Below, in pieces: positions 45,150 through 61,861 of a stretch of DNA of 64,000 nucleotides; position 1 is the first letter of the stretch, and each line of letters begins with the position of its first letter. The stretch is from NCBI RefSeq assembly GCF_009914755.1, contig NC_060932.1; one strand, 5' to 3'. Source of the stretch: the human T2T-CHM13v2.0 reference genome, Homo sapiens. Made by a program: the position numbers and the translations under genes. Under the pieces are notes generated by a model. That model ran no database searches and had not been told where the DNA came from. It worked only from the letters and a program-made list of their open reading frames with translations.

Positions 45150-46644
45150 GGCCCTTAAGTTCTGTGAGTAATTTATGGCAACAGTAACATGTAGGAAATG
45201 TTTAATGTATGTAGGCCCTCTCCCCTTTACCCTCAGCACCCATGAGGGTATAAGAGACAGATTTGAACTTGGTCTGAAAATGGAATGCAAGCAGTGATTG
45301 CCTGCCCTTGGAGGAAATCAAGTACAGGCTGGGTGACCTACTGGACCGTCTACCCTTATTGAGCGCTTCTGGAGGCTGTGTCCACATTAAGCATGGTACA
45401 TGCATTTTCTCACTTATTCCTATTGACAATCTTATGAGTAGGTGCTATTATGTCCATTTTGCAGGTGGAGAAACTGAAGCCCATAGAGATGAAATAGCTT
45501 GTGAGTGGCATTGTCAGCATTTGAACTCAGCCCTCTCTGACTCCAAAGCCTGTGTTTGTAACCATTCTTGGCTGCTGAAGGCAGGGGAGTGGGGAGTGGT
45601 AGGCAGAGAAGGTAGGGGGTGGGACAAGTATTAGGAAGAGCTGGCATGGATGCTCTCTAAGACTCTTTCTAATTCAGAGCTTCAAGATGCTTTGGTTTCC
45701 TCGAGGCTGTGAAACAAAGCTCCTGGCACAGGCTGTGCCTCAGCCCAGCCTCCCAACCCCCTGCAGAATGTCTGGCACGGCAGCCTGACTTTCCGCTTCT
45801 GCACGCCTGGAAGGAACGAGACAGAGAAGGGGCCTCACTGCTCCCCGAATGCCATGGCAGGCCCTCGCAGTGGGGCCCCAGGCGGCCAGCATTGTGCAAG
45901 CCAGAGAAGCAGGCCCTGGAATCCTTTCTTTTCCGGAGAATTTACACGCAGGACAAAGAGAGCCATTATCCCCTTGGCTGCCACGGCTGCTGCCCAGGCC
46001 TGTGGCCCAGGTGTCACATGCTGCCGCCATCTCTCAGCCTGCTTTCTCTCTTTGTCTGAGGAAACACAGAGCTTGGCCTCTGATCCCTTCCCTGACACCT
46101 CCCCAGCCCCCTCCAGGCCTTGGTTTCTGGCCACTGCTTTTCTGAAATGAACTTGAATCCTGGTAGACTTGGACAAACCAGAGGCAGTTTTGAGGGTGAT
46201 GGACCAGGCTAGGGCTTTGGGATGCTGCCGCTGTATCCCTGTGACCACATGTGGACACCAGCGCTGTCAGTGGGGGCTCTGGCACCCTGCATAGTTTACA
46301 CCGGGCTCCATCAGGGCTTTCCATTGCCTACAAAATAAAGCAGATTTCCTTTGCTGGTCTTTGCACCCTGCATCCCCTCTCGTTTCCACATTCCGATTAC
46401 ACAGCAACATGGAAGCAGCTTCGGGAGCTTCCTGTCACTCTGCATGAACCTCCCACCTTGGTACATTTGCTTATGCTTTCCTCTTCACTTAGGGGGTCTC
46501 TTCCCACCTTTTTCACTGGCTAAGTCTTCCTAATCCTTCAAACCCAAGCTCGGGTGTCATCTCCAAGGCCTCAGCTCCCCTCCACTGGGCTCCCTTAGAA
46601 CCTTCAGTTGTTACCTGCCATGGGCCAAGTGGTGTGCTGGTTAT

Positions 46645-46825
46645 GGGAGGGGCCTCTTGAGCGAGACTGCCTGGGTTCAAGTCCTGACCCTGCCATCTAC
46701 CCACCATGTAACCCTGGGCTTCAACTTGTTTGCCTATAAAATGGAGATGATTGGCTGCTTGTCAGGATTATGTGAAATCACACCTGTGGTTAGTAAAGCC
46801 CCTGGCACAGAGTGAGTGCTCAACA
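46645..46825 (+). mobile_element. MIR
   Basis: AGACTGCCTGGGTTCAAGTCCTG...TATAAAATGGAGATGAT...CCTGGCACAGAGTGAGTGCTCAA. Confidence 0.8.
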
Positions 46826-47577
46826 GAGGTGGCGTTATCATTATTTAACAAAGCATTTATCAAATGCCCTTGGTGTGTTGTATCTCAACAAGGCTGGGAA
46901 ACACAAAGAACAAGATCGATGCAGCCTTGCTGCTCAGGGAAGCACGCAAATGGAAGCCCAAGAGACCTCACAGCCCCTGGAATACAGGTTATGGAAAGGA
47001 TGGGTCAAGGGGCTACGGAATCAAACCTGGAGAAGGGAGTGGCTCCACTTGGGATTCCTGTGTCCCCACTGTTTGGGACAGATCCTCATCTTCCAGGGAG
47101 GCTGGGCTGAGGCATTGGTCTTCTGCCTATCTTCTACCTGTGTTCCTGGCTGCAGAGCACTCACGGGTGGGGTAGAGGACTTCCAGAGAGATCTCAGACT
47201 GTCTTGCTCATCACATTTGTGCCTCTCTCCTGGGTCATCCCTACCAGCATACAAGCATGCAGCACTGTCTCTTCTCTTAAGAAATAAGAGCAGACTCCCC
47301 TGAGCCCACACCCACCTCTGCTCCTCCCCTCCACATACACACTTCTTGGCTTTCTTTCCTAACAAATTTCCTCTAAGGATGGACCTATTCCCAGACTTTA
47401 CTCCCCACCCTCTCAGGTTCTCCTCAGTCTACTCCAATCTGCTTTCATCCTCATTGAACTACTATTTAATACCATGAAGGTCTCCAAGGATCTCCATCCT
47501 GCCCAAACCACTGGAGAATTTTCATTCTCCTTTTGCTGGGATTGGATGGTGATTTGACCAGCTCATCATTGCCTCGT

Positions 47578-48405
<828 letters not shown>

Positions 48406-48852
48406 CTGATTCTATAAAAACTTTCTTTCCTTTGTTTCTGGAATGCCATTCTTTCATTGCTTTCCTCCTGCTGAACTGGTTTTAGACTTCTTTACTGGTC
48501 TTCCTTCTCATTGTAATTTATAAATGCCAGAGGGCCTTAGAGCTCAGTCCTCAAGGCTTCTATATTCACCGTGTAGGAATCGCACTCAGGCCATTGGACC
48601 TATACATATTCTTAGCTCCTTATCTTCAGTTTCAATCTCTCCCCTAGCTCCAGATTCAAAGACTATCAAAACATCTACTTGACATTTTCTTTAGGAGACA
48701 CCTCAAAATGTGCATTTTCTCATTTAACACCTCAAATTTAACATGTCCAAAGATGAACTCTGTATCGTTTCCAAATATTTTCTTCTTCCTTCTCTTCCTC
48801 ATCTCAGGAAAAAGCACCACCATCTGGCTGGGACCAAAAGTCTAGGAGTCAT

Positions 48853-48859
48853 TCTTTTT

Positions 48860-48935
<76 letters not shown>

Positions 48936-49080
48936 TCCTTTCTTTTCTTTCTTCCTTTCCTTCCTTCCTTCCTTCCTTCCTTCCTTCCTTTCCTTCCTTC
49001 CTTCCTTCCTTCCTTCCTTCCTTCTTTCTTTCTTTCTTTCTTTTTCTTTCTTTCCTTTCTTTTCTTTTTTTTTTTTTTTT
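48853..49080. repeat. Compound (TTTC)n/(TTCC)n microsatellite, the expanded tail of an antisense Alu
   Basis: About 230 bp of pure pyrimidine. Confidence 0.95.
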
Positions 49081-49655
<575 letters not shown>

Positions 49656-49823
49656 TAAGAGTCATTCTTGACAACATTTTCTTGCACTCCACTTCCTGGT
49701 GAGCAGCATGTTGACTGTACATTCAAAGTAGGTCTTGAGTCCACCCATTTGTCATCACTGGCCATGAGCATCTTGGTCCAAGCCACCACCTCATCTCACC
49801 AGGATTACTACAACAATCTTCTA

Positions 49824-50183
<360 letters not shown>

Positions 50184-50612
50184 TCAGACCCCGAGACCCC
50201 CTCGCTGACTTCCATCTCATCGCTCTGGCCTTGGCAGACCCAGCAGATGGGCTCTCAGCAGAGCCCTGGAACTCAGCCGAGCTGGGCTCTGCTGGCACAG
50301 GACAGCTCTCCACTCTTGAGCCCGACAGAGCTCCCCAGACCAGGAAATTCTGGATCATGAAGCTCAAAGGAACCTTACCAGGTAAAGAGCTATCCTGCAG
50401 CAGGACTGCAGATGAGAGCCCCAGGATGGTGCTGCCTAGTGCAGTAAGAATACTGCAACCCTAGCAGCCAGCCTGCCTCTCCCTGGGCACCTGGGGCATG
50501 CCTCACCTTCCCCCTCTGCACCCTCACAGTAACTATGGGAACTGGGCTATTTATCCCCATTTCAAAAATGTGACCTGAAGGCCAGACAGGGTAAGGGTCT
50601 TGTTCAAAGTCA

Positions 50613-51035
<423 letters not shown>

Positions 51036-52305
51036 TCAGGCCCACCTGCACCTCCTCGTTAGGCTGCTTGTCACAGAAACCTTTCTTTTGCAGCATGCTA
51101 CATGGCATGTCTTGTCCTTTGTGTGCTGTTGATTTTGGGCCATTTTGGAATCACATTTTATCCTATTTTGGTAATGAATACACATCATTAACTCTTCTGC
51201 CAAACGTCCACTGCGCCCATGCTCCGTGCCAGGTGGGCCATGATGAATAATAACAATGCAAATACTTACTGGGAAGCATTTTCTTTGTGCCAGGCTCTGT
51301 CCCATGTGCTTCACGTGGATAGACGCTTTCGGCTCTCACAGCAACCCTCTAGGGTAGGATATTTTGCTCTTCCCATTTTTCAGGTGAGGAGACTGGCTTG
51401 GCTTCTAGCTTTTGGGCAAGAAAGGAAGAAACACGCATTTGTTGAGCACCTGTGAAGTGCCAGGCCTGCACAGGAGGGAGCATCCCCTCCATTTTTCAGG
51501 CGAGCAAGCTCAGGTGCAAACAGGAAGTGCATGGGAGAGGCAGAGGCTGCCACTCTCTGCCCCTCACACTCACTTCCCTCCCCCTGACCTTCAAGGCCAT
51601 TTCCTCCCCACTTTTTTCACCGTAAGTCCTCGGGAGCTGTGTCCACCTCTTAGGCGACAGCAGCAAAGACAGCAAAAGTGTGTCCTGTGACATCGTTTCC
51701 TCTTTGCCCAGCGCACTTCCTCTCTTCCCCTCCTGAAGTTCACTGTGGCGTCTTCCCTGTCTGGGACAGTGCTGTAAGCCCCAGCCTGACTCTCCTCAGT
51801 CCCTGCCCCCTGACTCAGCACACCCCATATCCCCCATGACCCACCGAGGCCCTGCTCTGAATGAATGAATGAAAGAGGAGGCTGCCCTTGGGGAGGAGTG
51901 ACTACCCAGTCCCCTCCCTTTCAGAGCCATGTGGGTGATAGGACTTTCAAGGGAAGAAGCATCCTTTTTTGTTAATTTTTAATTTTTGTGGGTACACAGT
52001 AGGGTATATATATTCATGGGGTGCATTTTAAAGCTAAAAATTTATTATTCCTTTTTCTACTACAGAAGTACTCCATGTTCATTGTTGAAAAAATGAGAAG
52101 TTTTTTTCAACAATGTGACTAGGGTGAATCTCTTCAGTTCTGAGCCTTGGTTTCTAAAAAAATAATCTAGGAGGAAACAAAAGTAAGTATCCTAAGCATA
52201 CAAAGGCTTTGTACTTACAGATCTGCTCATTGCAATATCGTCTGTGCCCTTGAGAAATTAGAAACTTGCTGGAGATCCATCAATAACGGATCAGTTAAAA
52301 AACTA

Positions 52306-52714
<409 letters not shown>

Positions 52715-52769
52715 TCACTGAGTTAGAAACTTCTCCTGGACTTTCCAGTGAATGATAAAAGCAGCATTA

Positions 52770-53207
52770 CAGTGGATGTCATGGGTATTTTCTACTTGCC
52801 TCTCCTATCCACTCTGTGTACTGTTGCCAATGGGCTTCCATACCCTCTAACTCTGGTTGGGTTGGCCAATGGGAGACATGAGCTTGTTAGAGGTTGGGAG
52901 AAGAGTGAGGCGAGAGTGTTTATTCCTCTGACTCCATCTCTGCTGGTTTTCTAGGGCTGGTTGTGACTGCACTGAAGGCTACACTTTCTGACAGGCTCTG
53001 ATTTGCAGTAACCACTCCTTCTAATTGCCTTTCAGCCCTAAGGGTGTTAATGGTTCTCCCCCATTGCTAGCCCTGATGTACTACACTATTCCTTGCTGGT
53101 TTTCCTAACCTCTGCCCACATCTATGTAAATAGTTCCTTTATTAAACTCTCCTCAGTTACCCAGTTGAGTATTCCATCTCTTTCTGCCAAGAGCCTAACC
53201 AATACAA
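52770..53207 (+). mobile_element. LTR33-like ERVL solo LTR
   Basis: GGTTGGGTTGGCCAATGGGAG...TGTAAATAGTTCCTTTATTAAACTCTC...CCAATACA. Confidence 0.75.
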
Positions 53208-53479
53208 TAACACAGTCCCATGTAGGTAAATTCATAATTCATATCCATTCATATATCCAATAAGAGAGGTCTGGAAGGATATTCATGAAAATATTACTGT
53301 TTCAGTGTGTTGGGATTTGGGTGGGCTTCTTTTTCTTCTTTTTGTTTTTTCTGAAATGCCTAACCTTTTCCACAATAAGCAAGGATTATCTTTGAGTTCA
53401 GAAAACTAAACAAAACAAGCAAAACATTTGTTGTAGAGGTCAGAGGAAAGCAGGACATGACAAGTGCTTTGTACATTAG

Positions 53480-54600
53480 GACTTGCCATTCAAACTTAAG
53501 GTCCCAGTGAGTGAGCCAGCTGGTCCAAAAATCTCTAGGACATTTGCATTGAGATCCAATTCCTGATTTCCTCAAGATAAAGGCTGATTTCCCTCCAGAG
53601 AGAGTAAGTCAAATGTGAATGAACCAGTCCCGCGTCCCTGGTTTTTTCATTCCAGAGCATCTCAGCAAATAGTCAAGTTCAGACCAGTTCTTCTCCAGTA
53701 GTCTGCCCCCACCTGCCCTCCAGGTCAGTGAGCCACCTGCCATTCCCAAGCCCCTTAATGAGCAAGGGCAGAGAGGGCCTGATGAAACACAGGGTGATGA
53801 ACTTGCAGTGCAACTGCCCCTCTGGTCTCATGGGTCAGCATGTCTGTGCCAAAGTGAAAGAGATGACTTCCAAAGGAATGCCTTCTTTTTCATGGAACTT
53901 GGCAATGAATTAATCATTGTTTATCGGGGCTATGTGATCCTTGGTCCCAGTAATGGTGCTAAGACATAAATCACAGCTCTTTGGGGGTGGGGTTGAGAAG
54001 GGGGCCCAGGATAGCTCTAAAGCCCCGTTCTTCTAACATGAAAAAAATATCCTTCTTTTCAGGCGGCTGGGAGTGGACTCTGGGCTATTTATAATCTGCT
54101 GCTGCCGAGCTAAGGCATTTCTGCAGCTGGGGCTGGGAGATAATCAGCACAGTTTTTTCTTTTTTTCTCGAGCCAGGTCTGCAAAACAGACCCATCTCCC
54201 CTGGCAGTCCACCCCAGCTCACTCCAGCCCAGCCCAAGCGCTTTGCCCCAGGTCCTCTGAGCCTGGCCTCCCTCACTTTGCTTTAGCTTCCAAGAAAGCA
54301 AAGGGTTCATTTAACAGCAGAAAGGACAAAATATCTCAGCTCAGAGTTGAAGGCTAGGATTGTGACCTGCTGGCAGATGGATTTGCCTAGAACTAGCCTG
54401 TGGAATGTCCAAGGAACTTGGCACAAAGCGTCTTTCAGAGCTATGGGGAAGGGGCACATGCCAAGGACTCCATTCTCTTCTCTCAGAAGTTGCTCCAGAT
54501 AGAAAAACAGGGTCCCAGGGGAGGGCAAACACCAAATTACTCCCATTGTATATCTCGGCAGGAGAGCAAGCATAAAGGCAAAACTTCTGGAATAAGGCTC
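53480..54600. promoter_or_regulatory. Candidate cardiac/muscle enhancer
   Basis: Repeat-poor block with MEF2 CTATTTATAA (54085-54094), CAGCTG (54124), AGATAA (54138) and TEAD CATTCC/GGAATG (53648, 53741, 53875, 54402). Confidence 0.45.
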
Positions 54601-54738
54601 AGAAGACCTGAGTCTTAGCCCTGCTTCCACCATGACAGACTGGTGACACACTGGTGACGAGGGGCAGGCATCTTCAGGTCTTTGGATCTTAGTTTCCTCA
54701 TCTATAAAATAGGCAGCTAGGCTCAGGGGTTTCCTCAC

Positions 54739-55070
<332 letters not shown>

Positions 55071-55491
55071 AACACTTTTAAAACCCTTTAAGGCACTTTT
55101 ATAAAAACAATATTGCCTAGAAGCAGGATATATAAAACAGATACAGCAGGGTAACCGGTTGAAATGGAGTAGGGAGGGAGCTGAGGGCAGCAAGCCCACC
55201 CACTTGGCCTCTTCCTCAGTCTGACCTGATAGATCAGAAGCCTAGGGTTCTGGGAGAGTTGGATCACTGCTGGTTCAAGAATCTCTAACATTCTAATGAA
55301 TTTTGAAATTCACTCTTTGGTTCATCCATTTTTCCTCACCAAGTATTTACTGAGCTCCTACCATGTATCAGGTTGGCCTTGGTATTGTGGATAAAAGGAT
55401 GCTAAGAAAGCCACTGTTTTCATCTCATGGAGCTTGCTCTCTGGTTGGGGAAAAATATATGAATTAAATAAACACTATGTGTTCATGTATG

Positions 55492-55936
55492 TGTATTACT
55501 GGATTGAATACGGTCCTCTTCCCAAATGTATGTCCTTCTAGGAACTTCAGAATGTGATCATATTTGGAAATAGGGTCTTCACAGATGTAATTGGTTACGA
55601 TGAGGCCGTACCAGAGTAGGGTGGGCCCTAAATCCAGTATGGCTGGTATCCTTACAAGAAAGGGAGAAGGGACATGAAGACAGACACACACAGGGAGAAT
55701 GACAGGTGATGGCCAAGGCAGAGATGTAGCTACAGGCCAAGGAAAGCCAAGGATTGTCAGCAAACCACTAAAAACTAGGATGAAGCAAGAAAGGATTTTT
55801 CTCTATGGAGGCAGCCTGGCCCAGCTGCTAACACCTCGATATCAGACTTCTGGCTTCCAGAACTAGAAAAGAAGACATTTCTGTTGCTGTAAGCCAAGTG
55901 TGTGGCATTTACTACAGCATCCCTAAGAAACTTACA
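55492..55936 (+). mobile_element. MLT1C MaLR LTR
   Basis: TGGATTGAATACGGTCC...GAATGTGATCATATTTGGAAATAGGGTCTT...CAGCATCCCTAAGAAAC. Confidence 0.88.
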
Positions 55937-55948
55937 AAAATATAGATG

Positions 55949-56853
<905 letters not shown>

Positions 56854-57227
56854 CTTCTCACAGTAGCTATGTTTTATAAAGTCACTACAAGCACTGAATT
56901 AGTGAATACTGAACCATTGATCCTACAGTAAATATAGGTTGAGGTTCCTGTGAGCCTCTAGTTCCATCAATCAATACGTAGCCTTGTTTTATGTGTGTTC
57001 TTGTTTAAAGACACCTTACTTAATACACATTGTTGATCCATTGACATTGAATTCAATACCAATAGCAATACAAGATGCTTGAGTGAATATGACCTAATAC
57101 TCACATTTCCTCTGTGAGGCACAACACAGCCTTCTCATGCTCATGAATGCTAGGCAGCACTTAAGCACTATGCTTGGGGCCATTTGAAACAAGCAGTGAC
57201 ACCATCAACAAAAATCTTGAAAATGTG

Positions 57228-57471
57228 GGCCAGGCACAGTGGCTCATGCCTGTAATCCCCCAGCACTTTGGGAGGCTGAGGTGGGTGGATCCCTTGAGGT
57301 CAGGAGTTTGAGACCAGCCTGGCCAACATGGTGAAACCCCATCTCTACTAAAAACACAAAAATCAGCCAGATGTGGTGGCACATCCCTGTGGTCCCAACT
57401 ATTCGGGAGGCTGAGATGAGAGAATCTCTTGAACCCGGCAGGCGGAGGCTGCAGTGAGCTGAAAAAAAAAA
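57228..57471 (+). mobile_element. AluS, last ~50 nt missing
   Basis: Ends at GCAGTGAGCTG followed by an A run. Confidence 0.9.
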
Positions 57472-57480
57472 TTTTCTAAA

Positions 57481-57806
<326 letters not shown>

Positions 57807-58549
57807 TAAATGTTTTTCACCAAATTGTTTTATAAATGTTTGGCACTAAACTGACCATGAAAAGGACACTTGTTTGAGTATGAGAGCATGAGAGCAGAAA
57901 CAGGAAGGCAAAGTGTCTCCTTGTTGGATCTCAGCTGGGGATGGGTGCATTGGGTGACTCAAATCTTTTGCAGCTCTGCATGTGTCTGCAAATGACCTTG
58001 AGGTTTAAGTGATGATTTTGGAGTTATAAATACATTTTAGGGATTAGACAAATTCACACATACAGAACCTGCAATAATGAGGATAGACTGTGCCCACATA
58101 CACGCACGTTCAAATTATATGAAATGCTGTGGAGGAAAATAGCAGCATATTTTCAAAGACAAGAGAGAACCCCTTCCTTAGGTGGCACGGTCAGGGAGGC
58201 CACAAAAACGGTGGCATTTCAAGTCAAGGCTTAAGGGATAGAGAGGAACCAGGAGCACAGGGGAGAGGTTTACCAGCAGAAGGGGCAGCTCGTACAGTCC
58301 CAGTGGGAGGAAGGACAGCTGCACTTGCGAAGTGAAGTGGGAGTGTGAAGAACAAGACGGGAGAACAAGTATGGAATGCAAGAGGCAAGTCAGGCAAGGG
58401 CCTGAGTGGGTCAGGGAGAGCCTGGGAAGATCCTGGGTTTGGATTCCTTTCAAGGTGCAACGGGAAGCTTTGGCGTGTGTTGGGCAGGAGAGTGAAATGT
58501 CCTAGGTAGAGTTAAGGTTTTCTCTAGCTGCCCCATGGATTTGCCAGGG

Positions 58550-59480
58550 CAGGGTCTGTTTCCCTCAGCTGGCTCATCTGAGAAATAAATGTGTGATACT
58601 CTCAAATCCTTCTTTGGATTTAGAGAGAGGTATAAGTAAATGCCAAGTCCCATGTTACGGTGTGGTAATACTTGTTTGTTCCACTCATAATGGCATTTAT
58701 TTTTTAAATCAGATCTACTGGGACTATAATGCTTCAAACCACGGGAGTAAGCCTTGCATGTGACCACTTCAGCTTCCACAGCAGGAAAAGGGAGGGAGAT
58801 ATTTTTAGAAGGGAGACCTCTCAGTGCCCCCTAAACCAGGCCGGAGGCACTGCCTGGCCCCAGAGGACCGTTGGCCTTGCCTATCAGCTTTCATCGTGGA
58901 GGAGGCGTGGGTGGACCGAGGTACCACAAGTTGCCAGGAATGCCTGACCAGAAACTGCTCTTGGGTGGGTCCCAGAGCTGCCTCCCCTTCACTTGACCCT
59001 AGGGCTGCTGGCTTCCTGGCCTTGTGAAATCTTCTAGAGGCAGGAAGAAGCCTGAGCGCTCCCTGACGCCACTTGAGTTTGACTTCATGGGTTTGCCGTG
59101 TGCCCCTGAACAAACCAGTTATCCTCTCTATGCCTTATTTCGGTATGCCCATCTAACACTAATTACCACCCCTCCCTGACTGCCCCCAAACCTTACCAGA
59201 AGAAATGGCATGAAGTTACGGAGACACTTTGAACTCATTGGCAAATTGTGCACTGTGAGGGGAAAGCACTGTGGCGGCCATTTTCTTTTCTTCCTTGAGA
59301 AAGTCCCTTGCTAATCATTAAGACTGGCTGAGTAAGCTTGTTCCTTTACATTTGGTGAGTAAGAAAGCCCCTCATGCTACCTCATCATATGTTCTTCCTC
59401 TTTTTCATGGCTTATCAACACTCCCTTCTGTAGGACATGCTGAGGAATTAGTATGAGTCAAAAGGAAGAATGACAAATAG
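58550..59480. promoter_or_regulatory. Candidate cardiac enhancer
   Basis: NKX2-5-type CACTTSA motifs (58764, 58989, 59069), GATA (58881, 59412), MEF2-like ATATTTTTAG (58799), AP-1 TGAGTCA (59454), several retained CpGs. Confidence 0.4.
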
Positions 59481-59583
59481 GTGGTATTTCTGGTCTGGAG
59501 TTTGGAGGGCAAGTTCAGTCCAAAAGTTAGCTGCTTCAACCATCATGAAAGGTACAGAAACTCTAGGATGAATACACTTAGTA

Positions 59584-59738
59584 TTTTTTATTATTTATTT
59601 ATTTATTTTTTAGACGGAGTCTCACTCTGTCTGTCCCCCAGGCTGGAGTGCAGTAGTGCAATCTCGGCTCACTGCAACCCCCACCTCCCGGGTTGAAGCA
59701 ATTCTCCTGCTTCAGCCTCTCAAGTAGCTGAGATTACA
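59584..59738 (-). mobile_element. Alu right arm fragment
   Basis: Antisense; ends at GCTGAGATTACAG. Confidence 0.9.
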
Positions 59739-60667
59739 GTACACTTTGTACTTTAATATGCAAACTGCCTGCCTGCTCCAGAGAAGCAGCCTTTGTTCCT
59801 CAGTTCATCGCAACACTCAGCCTGTCAGTCAGGTTGTGGGATCCCTCCTATCCAGGAACTGTATGCTGTTGTCCCGGTTCTGACACTTTCCCTCTGAGTC
59901 CTTGGACACCTTACCTAACCTCTTGGAAGCTCCTGTCTGTGAAGGGTGTGCACAGAGAGCTTCGGTAGCCTGCGAAGCAGCCATTTTCACTTCCACGGAG
60001 CAGGTATTTTATTGCATTATTTCGAGCTCAAGGACTCCAGAATTAGATCCCCAAAATATGCCTGAGAAACATTTACTCCCCAGGAGCTCAAACTAAATAA
60101 TGAAAACCATTGAAAACAACCAGGCAGCCCATGTCCTGAAGTCACCTTTTCCTGGGAGGTCCAGGAGAGTTTTTCCTACTTTCCCTGAGTTATCCTTCCC
60201 TTTCCTTCCCTTCCCTTTCTTCCCCAGAGGGCGATGCATGTTAATCAAGGAGCCTGCATTTGCGCAGGTATAGACAATTACACATTTACTGGGTCAGTTG
60301 CACCTGGGGGGGACGCCAATCTGTAAAGCAGAACCAAACCTCTTGCCTTCAGTCCTCAGAAGTTCTTCTGGTTAAAATCATCTAAAAAGTTGTTTCAAGT
60401 CTCCAGAACAGCTGAGATCAGCAAAAATAAATGAAGCTTCTTCTGTGTGGGTGCAGATGCTGGCCTGGGTGCTGGAATATGGAAATGAGGAAGATCCTGC
60501 CTGAGGATTTCATGACAGGTGAGGGGGAGAGAGGCCTGAGGAAGTTACCACCGGGGAAGGTGACAAGTGCAGTGATAGGATAAATACGAAGTGCAAAGAG
60601 AAGACAGACAAGAAGTTCAGCTAGCTAAGAAATGTGTTAATAACACCTTGATCAATCATTCCTCCAC

Positions 60668-60962
60668 TTTTTTTTTCTTTTGAGAGTCTCATTCTGTCAC
60701 CCCACCCAGAGTGCAGTGGCAGGAACACAACTCATTGCTACTTCAACTTTCTGGGCTCAAGCGATCCTCCTGCCTCAGCCTCCTGTGTAGCTGGGGCCAC
60801 GTGTATTGCACCACCAAGCCTGGCTTATTTTTTAATTTCTTTTGTAAAGACAGGGTCTCACTATGTTGCCCAGACTGGTTTCAAACTCTTGGACTTAAGC
60901 AATCCTCTCATCTTTGCCTCCCAAAGTGCTGCGATTACCGACGTGAGCCACTGTGCCCAGCC
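60668..60962 (-). mobile_element. AluJ
   Basis: Diverged antisense dimer with GGCTCAAGCGATCCTCC. Confidence 0.92.
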
Positions 60963-61264
60963 TCACTTTAAAAAAAAAAAAAGGTTATGAAGCATCTCAA
61001 CACAAGACCTCCTTTGCTCATCACAACCACCCAGTGAAGCAGGCAAGACAACAGAAACTCCCCACCTGTGATAGATGTGAGGCCTGAAGTCTCCCACATA
61101 CCCACGGCAGATGCAACGCACAGCGGTGACCAATGGTAGGGATAACAAGTATTGCTTCCGCCCATTCAGTACTTCTTGCATGCCAGATCTGTGCTAAGTG
61201 CTAGATGAACACAGTCTCTTTTCATTCTCATAGCTCTTTAAAACAGGTATTGTTTTCTTTTAAA

Positions 61265-61838
61265 AAAAATTGTTTTGTTAAATATAAATATCATGTACCT
61301 TATATATATATTATATATAAAAATACATGTAATTTACAATTTTAACCATTTCAAAATGTCCAGTTCAGGAGCATTAAGTACAGTCACATTGTTGTGCTAC
61401 TGTCACTACACCATCCACAGAATTCTTCCTCTTTCCAAACTGAAATTCTACGCACTTTAAACAATAACGCCCTATTCCCCCCTCCCTCCAGTCTCTGGCA
61501 CCCACCATTTTGCTTTCTGTCTTTGTGAAGTTGACCACTCCAGCTATATCATATAGTATTTGTCTTTTTGTGACTGCTTTATTTCAATTAGCATAATATC
61601 CTCAAGGTTCTTCTATGTTGTAGCATATACTGGAATTTCCTTGTGTGTGTGTGTATGAACCTCTATAAAGGATCCTTCCTTTTTAAGGTTGAACAATATT
61701 CCATGTATGTATATATCCAGTTTTGCTTATCTGTTCATCTGTCAATGAACACTTGGATTGTTGCCACATTTTAGTTATTGGGAATAATTTTGGCTATTGT
61801 GAATAATCTGTACACATGAGTGTACAGATATTTCTTTG
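61265..61838 (-). mobile_element. L1MB 3' end
   Basis: Same family as 28905-29449 (TTTTAACCATTT, GCATTAAGTACA, AGCATAATATCCTCAAGGTTC). Confidence 0.85.
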
Positions 61839-61861
61839 ATAAAATAGGTAAATAAAATTGC

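Noticed and set aside
46751-47365. 163-aa ORF and overlapping ORFs
   Set aside because: They start in MIR/L2-derived sequence, show no recognisable domain and no exon structure, and are compatible with chance.
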